Positions 34,934 to 44,530 are shown, counted from the first letter of the stretch. The stretch is DNA of 64,000 nucleotides from Minisyncoccota bacterium (GCA_041651415.1 JBAZJH010000001.1:87713-151712), one strand, 5' to 3'. A program made the numbers and translations. The notes: generated from the letters alone by a model not told the origin.

Positions 34934-36190
34934 ATGACTTTAGGAAATACAATAAAAACATCTTTGAGGGGGCTCGCGGCGCACAAAGGGCGTTCGATTT
35001 TGACGATTTTGGGAGTGGTTATAGGCGTGACGGCAATAATTTTAGTGATGTCAATCGGGCAGAGCGCGCAGAATCTAATTCTAAATCAAATTCAGGGTCT
35101 TGGTTCAAAAATGATAATAGTTCTGCCGGGCCGAGAACCGGAAGGAATTTCGGATATGACAACTCTTTTTGCAGATTCTTTAAAGGAAAAAGACTTGGAA
35201 ACGTTGAAGAAAAAAGGAAATGTTCCTTTTGCGGAAGATGTGATGCCGCTTGCTTTCGGAGGCGGAAATTTGTCTTATCTAAACGAGACTTACAGTGCGA
35301 CTGTGATGGGGGTCGGAGATAAAGAAAAAGATGGAGTGGTGGAAAAGATTTTGAATTTTACCGTGGACCGCGGATTTTTCTTTACGGCGGAAGACGTGCG
35401 AGCGAAAGCGAGTGTGGCGGTTATCGGGGATAAAGTCGTGGAAGAGCTTTTTGGAAAAGGAGCGGAGCCGATAGGGGAAAAGATAAAAATAAACGGCAGG
35501 AACTTTAAAATAATAGGACTTCTGCCTTCAAAAGGGCAAGTAGGAGCGTTTGATTTAGACGGAGCGGTTCTTATTCCTTATACAACGGCGCAAGATTATG
35601 TTTTAGGAAAAAAGAATTTTGACAGAATTATAATAAATGCGACAGAAGAAGGATTAGTTGATAGAACTGTTGATGATATAAAAATAACCATCAGAAACAG
35701 CCATGGAGTTTTGGATATTGATAAAGATGATTTTTATATTGAGACGCAGATAGATATTATGGATAAAGTGAGCACAATAACTACGATATTGTCGGTACTT
35801 CTCACTTCAATTGCGGCGATTTCGCTTATTGTCGGCGGAGTGGGCATTATGAACATAATGCTTGTGTCCGTGACGGAGCGGACAAGAGAAATAGGGCTTC
35901 GGAAAGCGATCGGAGCAACCAATAAAGATATATTGACTCAGTTTTTATTGGATGCGGTTTTTCTGACAATGGTTGGCGGAATAGTCGGAATAATTTTGGG
36001 AGCATCTTTTTCATTTTTAGCTTCGATTATAGTAACAAGTCTCTACGCGCTGGATTTCACTTTTGTTTTCCCGGTTTTGGCGGCAGTTCTTGGAATCGGA
36101 GTGTCGGCAGGAGTGGGACTCTTATTTGGCATTTATCCGGCCAGGCAAGCTTCCAAAAAATCTCCGATTGAGGCTTTGAGATACGAATAG
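34934..36190 (+). CDS. ABC transporter permease (MacB/FtsX family).
   Basis: 418 aa with an N-terminal TM helix, a large periplasmic domain and a C-terminal FtsX 3-TM bundle. Confidence 0.85.
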   Translation: MTLGNTIKTSLRGLAAHKGRSILTILGVVIGVTAIILVMSIGQSAQNLILNQIQGLGSKMIIVLPGREPEGISDMTTLFADSLKEKDLETLKKKGNVPFAEDVMPLAFGGGNLSYLNETYSATVMGVGDKEKDGVVEKILNFTVDRGFFFTAEDVRAKASVAVIGDKVVEELFGKGAEPIGEKIKINGRNFKIIGLLPSKGQVGAFDLDGAVLIPYTTAQDYVLGKKNFDRIIINATEEGLVDRTVDDIKITIRNSHGVLDIDKDDFYIETQIDIMDKVSTITTILSVLLTSIAAISLIVGGVGIMNIMLVSVTERTREIGLRKAIGATNKDILTQFLLDAVFLTMVGGIVGIILGASFSFLASIIVTSLYALDFTFVFPVLAAVLGIGVSAGVGLLFGIYPARQASKKSPIEALRYE

Positions 36191-36206
36191 AATCACTTAA
36201 AATTTT

Positions 36207-36330
36207 TTATTAAATCTCCGCTTCAAACCCTGCATGCTATCTTAAGGGGTTTGAAGCGGTAAAGATTTAAAAAACCCCGCCATAGGCGGGGTGAAACTTT
36301 AAGATTCCACGGCCGTGAGGCCGTGAAGTT
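36207..36330 (+). repeat. Repeat family A, copy A6.
   Basis: …atctCCGCTTCAAACCC-tgcatgctatcttaa-GGGTTTGAAGCGGtaaagatttaa…ccccgccataggcgggg…ccacggccgtgaggccgtga. It has a perfect 13-bp first stem and a GTGA tetraloop on the third. Confidence 0.75.
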
Positions 36331-36336
36331 TTTTTT

Positions 36337-36370
36337 CAAAACCGCTTGGTTTTTTCCAGGCGGTTTTTTG
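36337..36370 (+). terminator. Intrinsic terminator (aaaaccgcttgg…ccaggcggttttttg).
   Basis: Stem plus T-run directly after the A6 element. Confidence 0.5.
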
Positions 36371-36383
36371 TTATAATTAAAAA

Positions 36384-37694
36384 GTGATAACAAATTTTTT
36401 TGATTTAGCGACAACGCCGGCGCGGGAAAAAATTTTAGAAATTGCTAATGCCGGATATGAAGCGATAAACGTAAAGAAATTCACGGCGAAAGAAGTGAAG
36501 ATGGAAAAAAACGAGCTTTTTATTTCTGGACAGAAATACGATTTAAAAAAATACCGAAGGATTTTTTTAGCGGCTTTTGGAAAGGGTTCAGGCGATTTTG
36601 CTTTGTCTTTTTCTAAAATCTTAGGAAGCAGATTAACCGGCGGAATCGCGCTAGACGTAAAAGAACCGGAAATTTCCGTTTGGGATACGCTTCCGGAGGA
36701 AATAACTTTTTTAACCGGCACTCATCCATTGCCTTCTTTAAAGAATGTGGAAGCGACAAGAAAAATAATAAGAATGGCGGATAGATTAGGAAGAGACGAT
36801 TTAATTTTCTTTTTAATTACAGGCGGCGGTTCTTCCTTATTTTGCGGTTCGGAAGAAGAAATGGAAGAAGCGGTGCAAATCACAAAACTCTTAACAAGAG
36901 GCGGAGCGCCGATTGGCGAACTTAACATGGTAAGAAAACATTTGAGCGAAGTGAAGGGAGGAAATTTGGCAAAAATCGCTTATCCGGCGAAAGCAATCAG
37001 TCTGATAGTTTCCGATGTTTGTTTTGAAAAAGAAGAAGAAGGAATAAAAATGGTGGCAAGCGGGCCGACGGTTTTTGATGAGACAACAGTTTTTGACGCA
37101 AAAAATGTTTTAATAAGATACGGCATAAATCCGGACGGATTCAAACTGAAGGAAACGCCGAAAGACAAAATGGTTTTTGAAAAAACGGAAAATATAATTT
37201 TTGCTTCCAATCGCGACGCTTTGGTTGAAATGGCAAGAAAAGCGGAAGAGTTGGAACTCAAACCAAAAATTTTTTCCGCAAGCGTGAAGGGAGAAGCCAA
37301 AGATGTTTTTAAAAAAATGGCGGAAGGAATTAAAAAAGGAGAGATAATAATTGCCGGCGGAGAAACAACAGTGATAATAAAAGGAAAAGGCGGCAAGGGA
37401 GGAAGGAATCAAGAAGCGGTTCTCGGCGGCCTTAATTTTCTTGATTTTAAAGATTATTTCGACGAATCGTTTATTCTGGCGGCTTTAGCAAGCGACGGGA
37501 GGGATAATAGCGAAGCGGCGGGAGCAATCGGAGATTCAAAAAGTTTAGAAGAAGCGAAAAGAAAGAGAATAAGTTATAGAAAATATCTGGAAGAACATGA
37601 CGAATTTCCATTTTTTGAACAAATCGGCGGTTTAGTTTTTGCCGACCAAAAAAGTTTCAATGTGGCAGATTTTTTGATGATAGGGAGAATATAG
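36384..37694 (+). CDS. Glycerate 2-kinase (MOFRL family, GckA/TtuD-like).
   Basis: 436 aa. IIIAGGETTVIIKGKGGKGGRNQEAVL matches the GGE.TV….G.GGRNQE MOFRL signature. Confidence 0.7.
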   Translation: MITNFFDLATTPAREKILEIANAGYEAINVKKFTAKEVKMEKNELFISGQKYDLKKYRRIFLAAFGKGSGDFALSFSKILGSRLTGGIALDVKEPEISVWDTLPEEITFLTGTHPLPSLKNVEATRKIIRMADRLGRDDLIFFLITGGGSSLFCGSEEEMEEAVQITKLLTRGGAPIGELNMVRKHLSEVKGGNLAKIAYPAKAISLIVSDVCFEKEEEGIKMVASGPTVFDETTVFDAKNVLIRYGINPDGFKLKETPKDKMVFEKTENIIFASNRDALVEMARKAEELELKPKIFSASVKGEAKDVFKKMAEGIKKGEIIIAGGETTVIIKGKGGKGGRNQEAVLGGLNFLDFKDYFDESFILAALASDGRDNSEAAGAIGDSKSLEEAKRKRISYRKYLEEHDEFPFFEQIGGLVFADQKSFNVADFLMIGRI

Positions 37695-37768
37695 AGAATA
37701 AAATTTTTTAGTTGAATGTCGTTGTGAAAAGTTTAGAAGAAACAAAAAAATTGTGATATAATTTTTTT

Positions 37769-38083
37769 ATGGCGATAAAATTTGAGAGGTCGAGTTTCAG
37801 AAACAGAAAAGACGTAAAAGAAAAAGGAAAGGGTTTTGAAAAAGAAAAAAATTGGCGGGAAGAAAAAAGTGAAACAGCGGCGAAGAGTTTTAATCTCTCT
37901 GATGAGCTGGAAAGAAAGAAAAAAGAACTCTCTGAAAAAGTGGAAGAATTGGAGAAAAAAAGAAAAATAAAAAGTAGCGCGGAAGAATTAGTGAAATTAG
38001 CTAAAGAAAGAGCGGAGAGGGCAAAAGAAGATGCAGAAAAAAAAGGAAAAAAATCACTTAAGGATTATTGGGGCGGAAAATAA
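37769..38083 (+). CDS. Hypothetical Lys/Glu-rich protein.
   Basis: 104 aa, low complexity and coiled-coil-like. Confidence 0.35.
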   Translation: MAIKFERSSFRNRKDVKEKGKGFEKEKNWREEKSETAAKSFNLSDELERKKKELSEKVEELEKKRKIKSSAEELVKLAKERAERAKEDAEKKGKKSLKDYWGGK

Positions 38084-38095
38084 AAAGTTTTTAAA

Positions 38096-40489
38096 ATGAA
38101 GGAACTTACAAAAAAATTTAAGGAAGTGGGAATAAATGATGTTCCAGAAGTGGGCGGAAAAAACGCTTCGCTGGGAGAAATGATTAAACATTTGAAACCG
38201 AAAGGAGTAAAGCTGCCGGACGGATTTATTGTGACAGCTACCGCCTTTCGTTATTTTTTAAAAGAAACGGGACTCGACAAAAGGATTCGGGAAGTTTTGC
38301 GTTATTTAAATACAAGAAATCTGAAGAAATTGGAAGAAAAGACGGCAGAAGTGAGGAAGCTCATTATTCAGGCAAAATTGCCGGACGATTTAAGAGAAGA
38401 AATTGTTTTAGGATACAGAATAATGGAAAAAGAATACGGGAAGAATGTGGATGTGGCAATCAGGTCAAGCGCAACGGCGGAAGATTTGCCGGATGCGAGT
38501 TTTGCCGGAGCGCACGAAACATATTTAAATGTGAGGGGAATAGAAGACGTTTTAAAACACACGCAAATGGCAATGGCGTCTTTGTTTACTCCTCGCGCCA
38601 CTTCTTATCGGGTAGATAAGGGGTTCGATCATTTTAAAATAGCTTTGTCGGTTGGAATTCAAAAAATGGTGCGCGCGGATAAGGCAAGTTCAGGCGTTAT
38701 TTTTACTTTAGACACGGAATCAGGATTTAATAATATAATTCTCATAAACGGAGTTTGCGGATTGGGAGAACTTATTGTGCAAGGGGAAGTGACGCCGGAT
38801 GAATGGCTGGTTTTTAAGCCGCTAATGGGGGAAAGAAAAATAATTCCGATAATAGACAGAAAATTGGGAGAAAAAAATCGGAAAATGATTTATCAGGAAA
38901 ACGGAAACGGGACAAAAATAATCAAGACAAGCGACAAAGAAAAAGAAACATTTGTCTTAAGCGATAAAGAGGTTTTAAAACTGGCGGAATGGTCTTCTTT
39001 AATCGAGGAACATTATTCAATCATAAAAGACAGGTGGCAGCCGATGGATATTGAATGGGCAAAAGACGGGAAAACCGGAGAGCTTTTTATAGTCCAAGCG
39101 AGGCCGGAAACAGTTCATTCATTGAGAGATATGACAAAATTGCGTTCTTATGAAAGACTGCAAAATGGGAAGGAAATTGTGAGGGGAGCATCGGTGGGAA
39201 ATAAAATTGCGGCTGGCAAGGCGAGAATAATAATAGACGTAAAAGATATTCGAAATTTTAAAGCGGGAGAAATTTTAGTGACGGATATGACCGACCCGGA
39301 TTGGGAGCCGATAATGAAAATTGCGGCGGGAATTATAACGGATAAGGGAGGAAGAACAAGCCACGCGGCAATTGTTTCAAGAGAGCTTGGAATTCCTTGC
39401 ATAGTCGGAAGCGGAACGGCGACCAAAAAAATAAAAACAGGAGAAATGGTGACGATAGACACGACGGGAAGCGAAGGAATTGTTTTTGAAGGAGAATTGA
39501 GATTTAAAATAAACGAAATAGACGTGAAAAAAGCGCCGAAAGTCAACGTAAAAATAATGATGAACATCGCGACGCCGGAATCGGCTTTTGAAAAATCATT
39601 TTTACCGAACAGCGGAGTGGGGCTCGCGAGAGAAGAATTTATAATTGCCGGAGGCGTGGGAGTGCATCCGATGGCGCTTATAAAATATAACCAATTGAGC
39701 GAGAAGCTGAAAAAAGAAATAGACAAAAAAACTTCCGGTTGGAAATCAAAAACGGATTTTTATGTTGATAAATTAGCTTTCGGCATTGCCAAAATTGCGG
39801 CGGCTTTTTATCCGAAACCGGTGATAGTAAGATTTTCCGATTTTAAAACAAACGAATATGCGACGCTTCTTGGCGGAGAAGACTTTGAACCGAAAGAAGA
39901 CAATCCAATGATTGGATGGCGGGGAGCTTCAAGATATTATCATCCGAATTTTCGAGCGGCTTTTGATTTGGAATGCCAAGCGATAAAAAAAGTAAGAGAC
40001 GAGATGGGTTTAACAAATACGGCAACGATGATTCCCTTTTGCCGAACAGTGGAGGAAGGAAAAAAAGTAATAAAAATAATGGGGGAAAACGGACTGCAGA
40101 GAAGCGGACGAGACAGAAACGGATTGAAAATTTATGTAATGTGCGAAATTCCGTCCAATGTGATTTTAGCCGAACAATTTCTTGATGTTTTTGACGGGAT
40201 GTCGATTGGCTCAAACGATTTAACACAACTTGCGATAGGAATAGACCGCGATGGCGGAGAACTTCTTCGGGGGATAGCCGATGAGAGAGACGAGGCGGTA
40301 AAAGAACTGATAAGACAGGTGATAAAAATCTGTAAGAAGAGAAATAAATATATCGGGATCTGCGGGCAGGCGCCAAGCGATTATCCGGAATTTGCCGAAT
40401 TTTTAATGAAAGAAGGAATTGAAAGCATGTCTTTAAATCCGGATTCGGTGATGCCGACCTTAATGCATCTTTCAAAGATAAAAAGATGA
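38096..40489 (+). CDS. ppsA: Phosphoenolpyruvate synthase (pyruvate, water dikinase).
   Basis: 797 aa. N-terminal …VGGKNASLGEM…, the phosphohistidine domain GGRTSHAAIVSRELGIPCIVG, and a C-terminal PEP-utilising TIM barrel. Confidence 0.9.
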   Translation: MKELTKKFKEVGINDVPEVGGKNASLGEMIKHLKPKGVKLPDGFIVTATAFRYFLKETGLDKRIREVLRYLNTRNLKKLEEKTAEVRKLIIQAKLPDDLREEIVLGYRIMEKEYGKNVDVAIRSSATAEDLPDASFAGAHETYLNVRGIEDVLKHTQMAMASLFTPRATSYRVDKGFDHFKIALSVGIQKMVRADKASSGVIFTLDTESGFNNIILINGVCGLGELIVQGEVTPDEWLVFKPLMGERKIIPIIDRKLGEKNRKMIYQENGNGTKIIKTSDKEKETFVLSDKEVLKLAEWSSLIEEHYSIIKDRWQPMDIEWAKDGKTGELFIVQARPETVHSLRDMTKLRSYERLQNGKEIVRGASVGNKIAAGKARIIIDVKDIRNFKAGEILVTDMTDPDWEPIMKIAAGIITDKGGRTSHAAIVSRELGIPCIVGSGTATKKIKTGEMVTIDTTGSEGIVFEGELRFKINEIDVKKAPKVNVKIMMNIATPESAFEKSFLPNSGVGLAREEFIIAGGVGVHPMALIKYNQLSEKLKKEIDKKTSGWKSKTDFYVDKLAFGIAKIAAAFYPKPVIVRFSDFKTNEYATLLGGEDFEPKEDNPMIGWRGASRYYHPNFRAAFDLECQAIKKVRDEMGLTNTATMIPFCRTVEEGKKVIKIMGENGLQRSGRDRNGLKIYVMCEIPSNVILAEQFLDVFDGMSIGSNDLTQLAIGIDRDGGELLRGIADERDEAVKELIRQVIKICKKRNKYIGICGQAPSDYPEFAEFLMKEGIESMSLNPDSVMPTLMHLSKIKR

Positions 40490-40610
40490 AACTTCACGGC
40501 CTTACTGCTACAGAGTCTTAAAGTTTCACCCCGACCAAAGTCGGGGTTTATTAAATCTTAGCCGCGAAAACCTCGCGCTAACGCGCGGGGTTTTCGCGAA
40601 GATTTAATAA
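40490..40610 (-). repeat. Repeat family A, copy A7 (reverse orientation), abutting the ppsA stop.
   Basis: The reverse complement reads ttattaaatcttCGCGAAAACC-tcgcgctaacgcgc-GGGTTTTCGCGaagatttaataaa… with a compensated first stem and CCCCGAC/GTCGGGG second stem. Confidence 0.7.
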
Positions 40611-40612
40611 AA

Positions 40613-40640
40613 AAGAAAACCCCGATTAAATCGGGGTTTG
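40613..40640. terminator. Bidirectional terminator hairpin (aaaaccccgattaaatcggggttt).
   Basis: 8-bp stem flanked by A/T runs, between convergent genes. Confidence 0.55.
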
Positions 40641-40658
40641 TAAATTTACGTTTATGGG

Positions 40659-41090
40659 TTATGGGAGAGGAGTTTTTAAAACTTTATCCCTATACTCTTT
40701 CCATTCCTCATCTGTCCAAAACATTCCAAGGGCAATTCTTACAGGCACATGACTGAAACGACCGGAGCGAGCAGTTTGCATTGTTATCTGTCTTGTTTCT
40801 TCCGTTATTTCGGAATCGGGATAATCTCTATCAAAAGGATCGATGGGAACAATCATAGATTTATCTTCTTTCTTCTCTTTAAAATTTTCTTTTACAAGAG
40901 AAGAAAGAGTTTCAGCTAAATAACTGACAAAAATTGCAGCTAAGCATAACACAAAGCAAAGAATAAAGGATTTAAAATCATTAAATACCCAAAGCATAAA
41001 TATTCCGACAAACAGAGAAGATATTCCGATTGTTAAATAGAACCAAAAAGAATTCAGAACTTTTCCAATCATTTCTTTCATTTCCGTCAT
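40659..41090 (-). CDS. Hypothetical membrane protein.
   Basis: 143 aa with two N-terminal TM helices and an acidic C-terminal domain. Confidence 0.45.
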   Translation of the reverse strand: MTEMKEMIGKVLNSFWFYLTIGISSLFVGIFMLWVFNDFKSFILCFVLCLAAIFVSYLAETLSSLVKENFKEKKEDKSMIVPIDPFDRDYPDSEITEETRQITMQTARSGRFSHVPVRIALGMFWTDEEWKEYRDKVLKTPLP

Positions 41091-41171
41091 CTCCTTTTTA
41101 TTTTTATGTTGCTGAAAATAATATAAGCTTTTTTATATTATTTTTCAAATGGCGTGATATAATTTAGAGAA

Positions 41172-42395
41172 ATGATAATAAAGGAAGCGGAAATAAAAAT
41201 AATTTTAGATTCAAGAGGGCAAGAAACGATAGAAGCAGAGCTAGAAAGCAAAAAAGGAAAGAAAGCGAAGTCGTCGGTGCCGTCCGGAAAGAGCCGCAGC
41301 GCTTATGAAGCGTTTGTTTTGAATCCGCAGATAGCGAAAAATATTTTTGAAAAAGAAGTAAGAAAAAAAATAACAGAAAGAGAGTTTCTTTATCAGGACG
41401 AGTTTGATAATTTTTTAATAAAATTGGACGGGACGGAGAACAAGAAGAGATTGGGCGGAAATTTGATTTTGGCTTTAAGTTTGGCTTTTGCAAGGCTAAA
41501 AGCGGAAGAGGAGGGATTAGAACTTTTTGAATATATAAACAAAGTTTATCAAGGAGCGATGCATCGAATCAGTCCGACATTGCCGCGGATGATTTTCAAT
41601 ATGATAAACGGGGGAAGTCATGCGGATAATAATTTGGAAATCCAGGAGTTCCAAGTGATTCCACAGCATGAAACGATAGAGGAGGGGCTTAAGGCAGCGA
41701 GAAGATTTTATGGAGAATTAGAAGAAGAACTAAGAAAAAAATTCGAAGCGGGAGAAATAAAATTAGGGGACGAAGCGGGATTTTCCGCGCCGATAAGAGG
41801 AAACGAACAGGCGATAAAGATTTTGAAAGAAACCGCGAGAGAATTCGCTTTTCGAGAAAAGATTTCTTTTGATTTGTCGCTAGACGCGGCGGCCAGCAGT
41901 TTTTATAAAAAAGACACGGCAAAATATAGGATTAACAGAGAAGAATTAAGCGCTAAGGAGTTGGAAGAGTATTATGAATATCTAATTCATAAATACGGAA
42001 TAATCGCTTTGGAGGACCCGTTTTATGAAGACGCTTTTGGAGAATTTGCGATAATAAACAAAAGAAAGGGAATTTATATCGTGGCGGACGATTTGACTTC
42101 CACTAATCCGCATCGAGTGAAGATGGCGGTGGATGCGGGAGCGGCGGACGCAATAATAATAAAACCGAATCAGGCGGGAAGTTTATCAGAGACTATCGAG
42201 GCGGCAAAAATAGCGCATGAAGCGGGGTGGCAGTTGATAATCTCGCATCGGAGCGGAGAAACGGAAGATGATTTTATTGCAGACCTCGCCGTGGGGTTGT
42301 CGGCTTGGGGAATAAAATCCGGCGCGCCGGAAACCAAATATCGCTTGAATAAATATTTTCGATTAATGGAAATCGAGAAGATTTTAAATAAATAA
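41172..42395 (+). CDS. eno: Enolase (divergent).
   Basis: 407 aa. …ILDSRGQETIEAEL…, IIIKPNQAGSLSE and the hallmark SHRSGETEDDFIADLAV all correspond to conserved enolase regions. Confidence 0.8.
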   Translation: MIIKEAEIKIILDSRGQETIEAELESKKGKKAKSSVPSGKSRSAYEAFVLNPQIAKNIFEKEVRKKITEREFLYQDEFDNFLIKLDGTENKKRLGGNLILALSLAFARLKAEEEGLELFEYINKVYQGAMHRISPTLPRMIFNMINGGSHADNNLEIQEFQVIPQHETIEEGLKAARRFYGELEEELRKKFEAGEIKLGDEAGFSAPIRGNEQAIKILKETAREFAFREKISFDLSLDAAASSFYKKDTAKYRINREELSAKELEEYYEYLIHKYGIIALEDPFYEDAFGEFAIINKRKGIYIVADDLTSTNPHRVKMAVDAGAADAIIIKPNQAGSLSETIEAAKIAHEAGWQLIISHRSGETEDDFIADLAVGLSAWGIKSGAPETKYRLNKYFRLMEIEKILNK

Positions 42396-42445
42396 AAAAT
42401 GAAACCCTTATTAATTTAATAAAGGTTTTTGAAAATTAGAACAAT

Positions 42446-42754
42446 TTATTGATTAGATTTTTTTTGACGATTTGCTCCATCTTTTTCTTGTTTTAGGGTG
42501 CAGGCAGTTTTTAAATTTTCAGCAATAAAGATCAGTTTGTGTAGACCTTCAAGATTGAGAGCAGAAGCAATTTTTTGAAGAGTATTCCAACTGATACGAT
42601 TGCTTCTTTGCCCAGTTTCTATCATGGAAATCATTCCTTGAGAGATTTCCGCTTTTTCCCCAAGTTCTTCTTGAGTCATTACTGCCCTTTCTCTTAAAAA
42701 TTTCACAGCTTCTCCTAAACTTTTTGAAAATGAAGAGTCATCTTTTGCGGCCAT
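42446..42754 (-). CDS. XRE-family HTH transcriptional regulator.
   Basis: 102 aa. …LRERAVMTQEELGEKAEISQGMISMIETGQR… is an HTH_3 pattern. A perfect TTGACA-16-TATAAT promoter lies upstream. Confidence 0.75.
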   Translation of the reverse strand: MAAKDDSSFSKSLGEAVKFLRERAVMTQEELGEKAEISQGMISMIETGQRSNRISWNTLQKIASALNLEGLHKLIFIAENLKTACTLKQEKDGANRQKKSNQ

Positions 42755-42878
42755 TCTTTTTCTCCTTTTTTTTCGTTCTTTTAAAATTATAATTCTTTTT
42801 AATGTTTTGTCAAATAAAATAATTTAAAAAAAATCTCCGTCCACTATCCGCCAACTGGCGGAGGCGGATAATCGGAGA

Positions 42879-42965
42879 TTATTTTTTAGTGGGAATAAAA
42901 GAAAGAATAATAGTCACTAAGACGATAACTATAAGCATCAGAAAAAAATAAAAGGAATCATACAT
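42879..42965 (-). CDS. 28-aa hydrophobic micro-protein (MYDSFYFFLMLIVIVLVTIILSFIPTKK) with its own SD and terminator.
   Basis: GGGAGGAG sits 7 nt before the ATG. The ORF is followed on the minus strand by a hairpin (…cggagattttttt) with a T-run, which in turn abuts the XRE promoter. Confidence 0.35.
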   Translation of the reverse strand: MYDSFYFFLMLIVIVLVTIILSFIPTKK

Positions 42966-43045
42966 TTTCTAACTCCTCCCATTTTATTTATTGATTTCTG
43001 TTTTTATTTTAGCATGCTTTAATAAAATAATGTATAATAAAAAGC

Positions 43046-44053
43046 ATGAAAATAGGCGTTTTTGAGATAAGGGGGTGGGAAAAAGAATATTTGGAAAAAG
43101 CTTTAGCGGGACAAGAAGCGGAGTTTTTTGAAATGGAAGCGAGAGCGGAAAATTTGGCGGAAAATAAAGATTATGAAGCAATTTCGGTTTTTGTCGGTTC
43201 GCTTTTGAATAAAGAAACCCTGGATAAATTTCCTAATTTAAAAATGATAACAACCCGTTCAACCGGATTTGACCATATTGATTTGGATTATTGCAAGGAA
43301 AAAGGGATACAAGTGGCAAATGTGCCGACTTACGGGGAAAATACGGTGGCGGAACATGTTTTTGCTTTGCTTTTAACTTTATCGCATCGGATTTATGAAG
43401 CTTATGACCGTTTGCGGGAGAAAGGCGTTTATTCTTATGAAGGATTGGAAGGATTTGATTTAAAAGGAAAAACGATGGGAGTGGTGGGAACGGGAAATAT
43501 TGGAAAACATACCATAAAAATTGCTAATGGTTTTGAAATGAAAGTGATAGCTTATGATAGTTTTCCCAAAAAAGAATTGGAAAGCGAACTGAATTTTGAA
43601 TATAAAAACAGTTTGGAAGAACTTTTAGTGGAGGCGGATGTGGTAACGCTTCATGTGCCATATTTGCCGGAAACGCATCATTTGATAAATAAAGATAATA
43701 TTTTGAAGATGAAAAAGGGGGCGATTTTAATAAACACAGCGCGAGGAGCGGTGGTGGAAACGGATGCGCTCGTTAAAGCGCTTAAGAGCGGACACTTGGG
43801 CGGAGCAGGGCTTGATGTGTTTGAAGAAGAAGGAGCGATAAAAGACGAGATGGGATATTTGTTGCAAGGAGAAGACAAAACCGATTTGAAAGTGCTTCTG
43901 GAAAATCATATTTTGATTGATATGAATAATGTGATTGTGACTCCGCATTCGGCTTTTAATACAAGAGAAGCTAAAGAAAGAATTTTAAACGCAACTATTA
44001 AAAACATAAAAACTTTCTCTGATTTAGGAAAAACAGAGAATTTAGTTTTTTAA
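43046..44053 (+). CDS. D-isomer-specific 2-hydroxyacid dehydrogenase (D-lactate dehydrogenase-like).
   Basis: 335 aa. NAD-binding GVVGTGNIGKHT and the catalytic region …TLHVPYLPETHHLIN…ARGAVVETDAL… are present. Confidence 0.8.
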   Translation: MKIGVFEIRGWEKEYLEKALAGQEAEFFEMEARAENLAENKDYEAISVFVGSLLNKETLDKFPNLKMITTRSTGFDHIDLDYCKEKGIQVANVPTYGENTVAEHVFALLLTLSHRIYEAYDRLREKGVYSYEGLEGFDLKGKTMGVVGTGNIGKHTIKIANGFEMKVIAYDSFPKKELESELNFEYKNSLEELLVEADVVTLHVPYLPETHHLINKDNILKMKKGAILINTARGAVVETDALVKALKSGHLGGAGLDVFEEEGAIKDEMGYLLQGEDKTDLKVLLENHILIDMNNVIVTPHSAFNTREAKERILNATIKNIKTFSDLGKTENLVF

Positions 44054-44087
44054 ATTAAAAAAGAGCCGATTTCTCGACTCTTATTTT

Positions 44088-44117
44088 TATTCCAATATTC
44101 TCAAGAATATTGGAATA
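44088..44117. repeat. Family C palindrome copy C2 (TATTCCAATATTCTCAAGAATATTGGAATA).
   Basis: Near-perfect palindrome between convergent genes. Confidence 0.55.
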
Positions 44118-44120
44118 GAT

Positions 44121-44393
44121 TTAGGCAACTTCTTTTTCTTTTTTAAGCTCTCTAAGCCAAGCAGGCTTTTGAGAGCAAGAGGTTTGAAGTCCGGTTTTTC
44201 TTCCGAACTTAATTAAATCGTGTCCGTTTGCGTTTGATTCAACGAGAATGGTTTTTTTGTTTTTTCCTCTTACCACTCCTGTCGTTTCAAATCTTTTTCC
44301 TCTTTTTAATCCGGGGATAACGATTCCCACTAAGGTTTCGATTTCTAAATTTTCCAACCACTCTTGCTTAGGGTGTTCGTCTCCGTTTCCCAT
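44121..44393 (-). CDS. Hypothetical protein.
   Basis: 90 aa. No family recognised. Confidence 0.35.
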   Translation of the reverse strand: MGNGDEHPKQEWLENLEIETLVGIVIPGLKRGKRFETTGVVRGKNKKTILVESNANGHDLIKFGRKTGLQTSCSQKPAWLRELKKEKEVA

Positions 44394-44530
44394 TTGACCT
44401 TCCTCCTTTTAAATTGTGCTGTGGTAAATATAGAAAATTGAGAGAATTTGTCAATAGGTGGATAACTTTAAAAGCTTTAGAAGAAAAAAATATAATTTTA
44501 AAAAATATTTTTTTATGGTAATTTAAGGGT

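Noticed and set aside
3733-40610. Possibility that the family A repeats form a CRISPR array
   Set aside because: The copies are 3-20 kb apart with genes between them and not in a regular repeat-spacer array. Their orientations are mixed and there are no cas genes.
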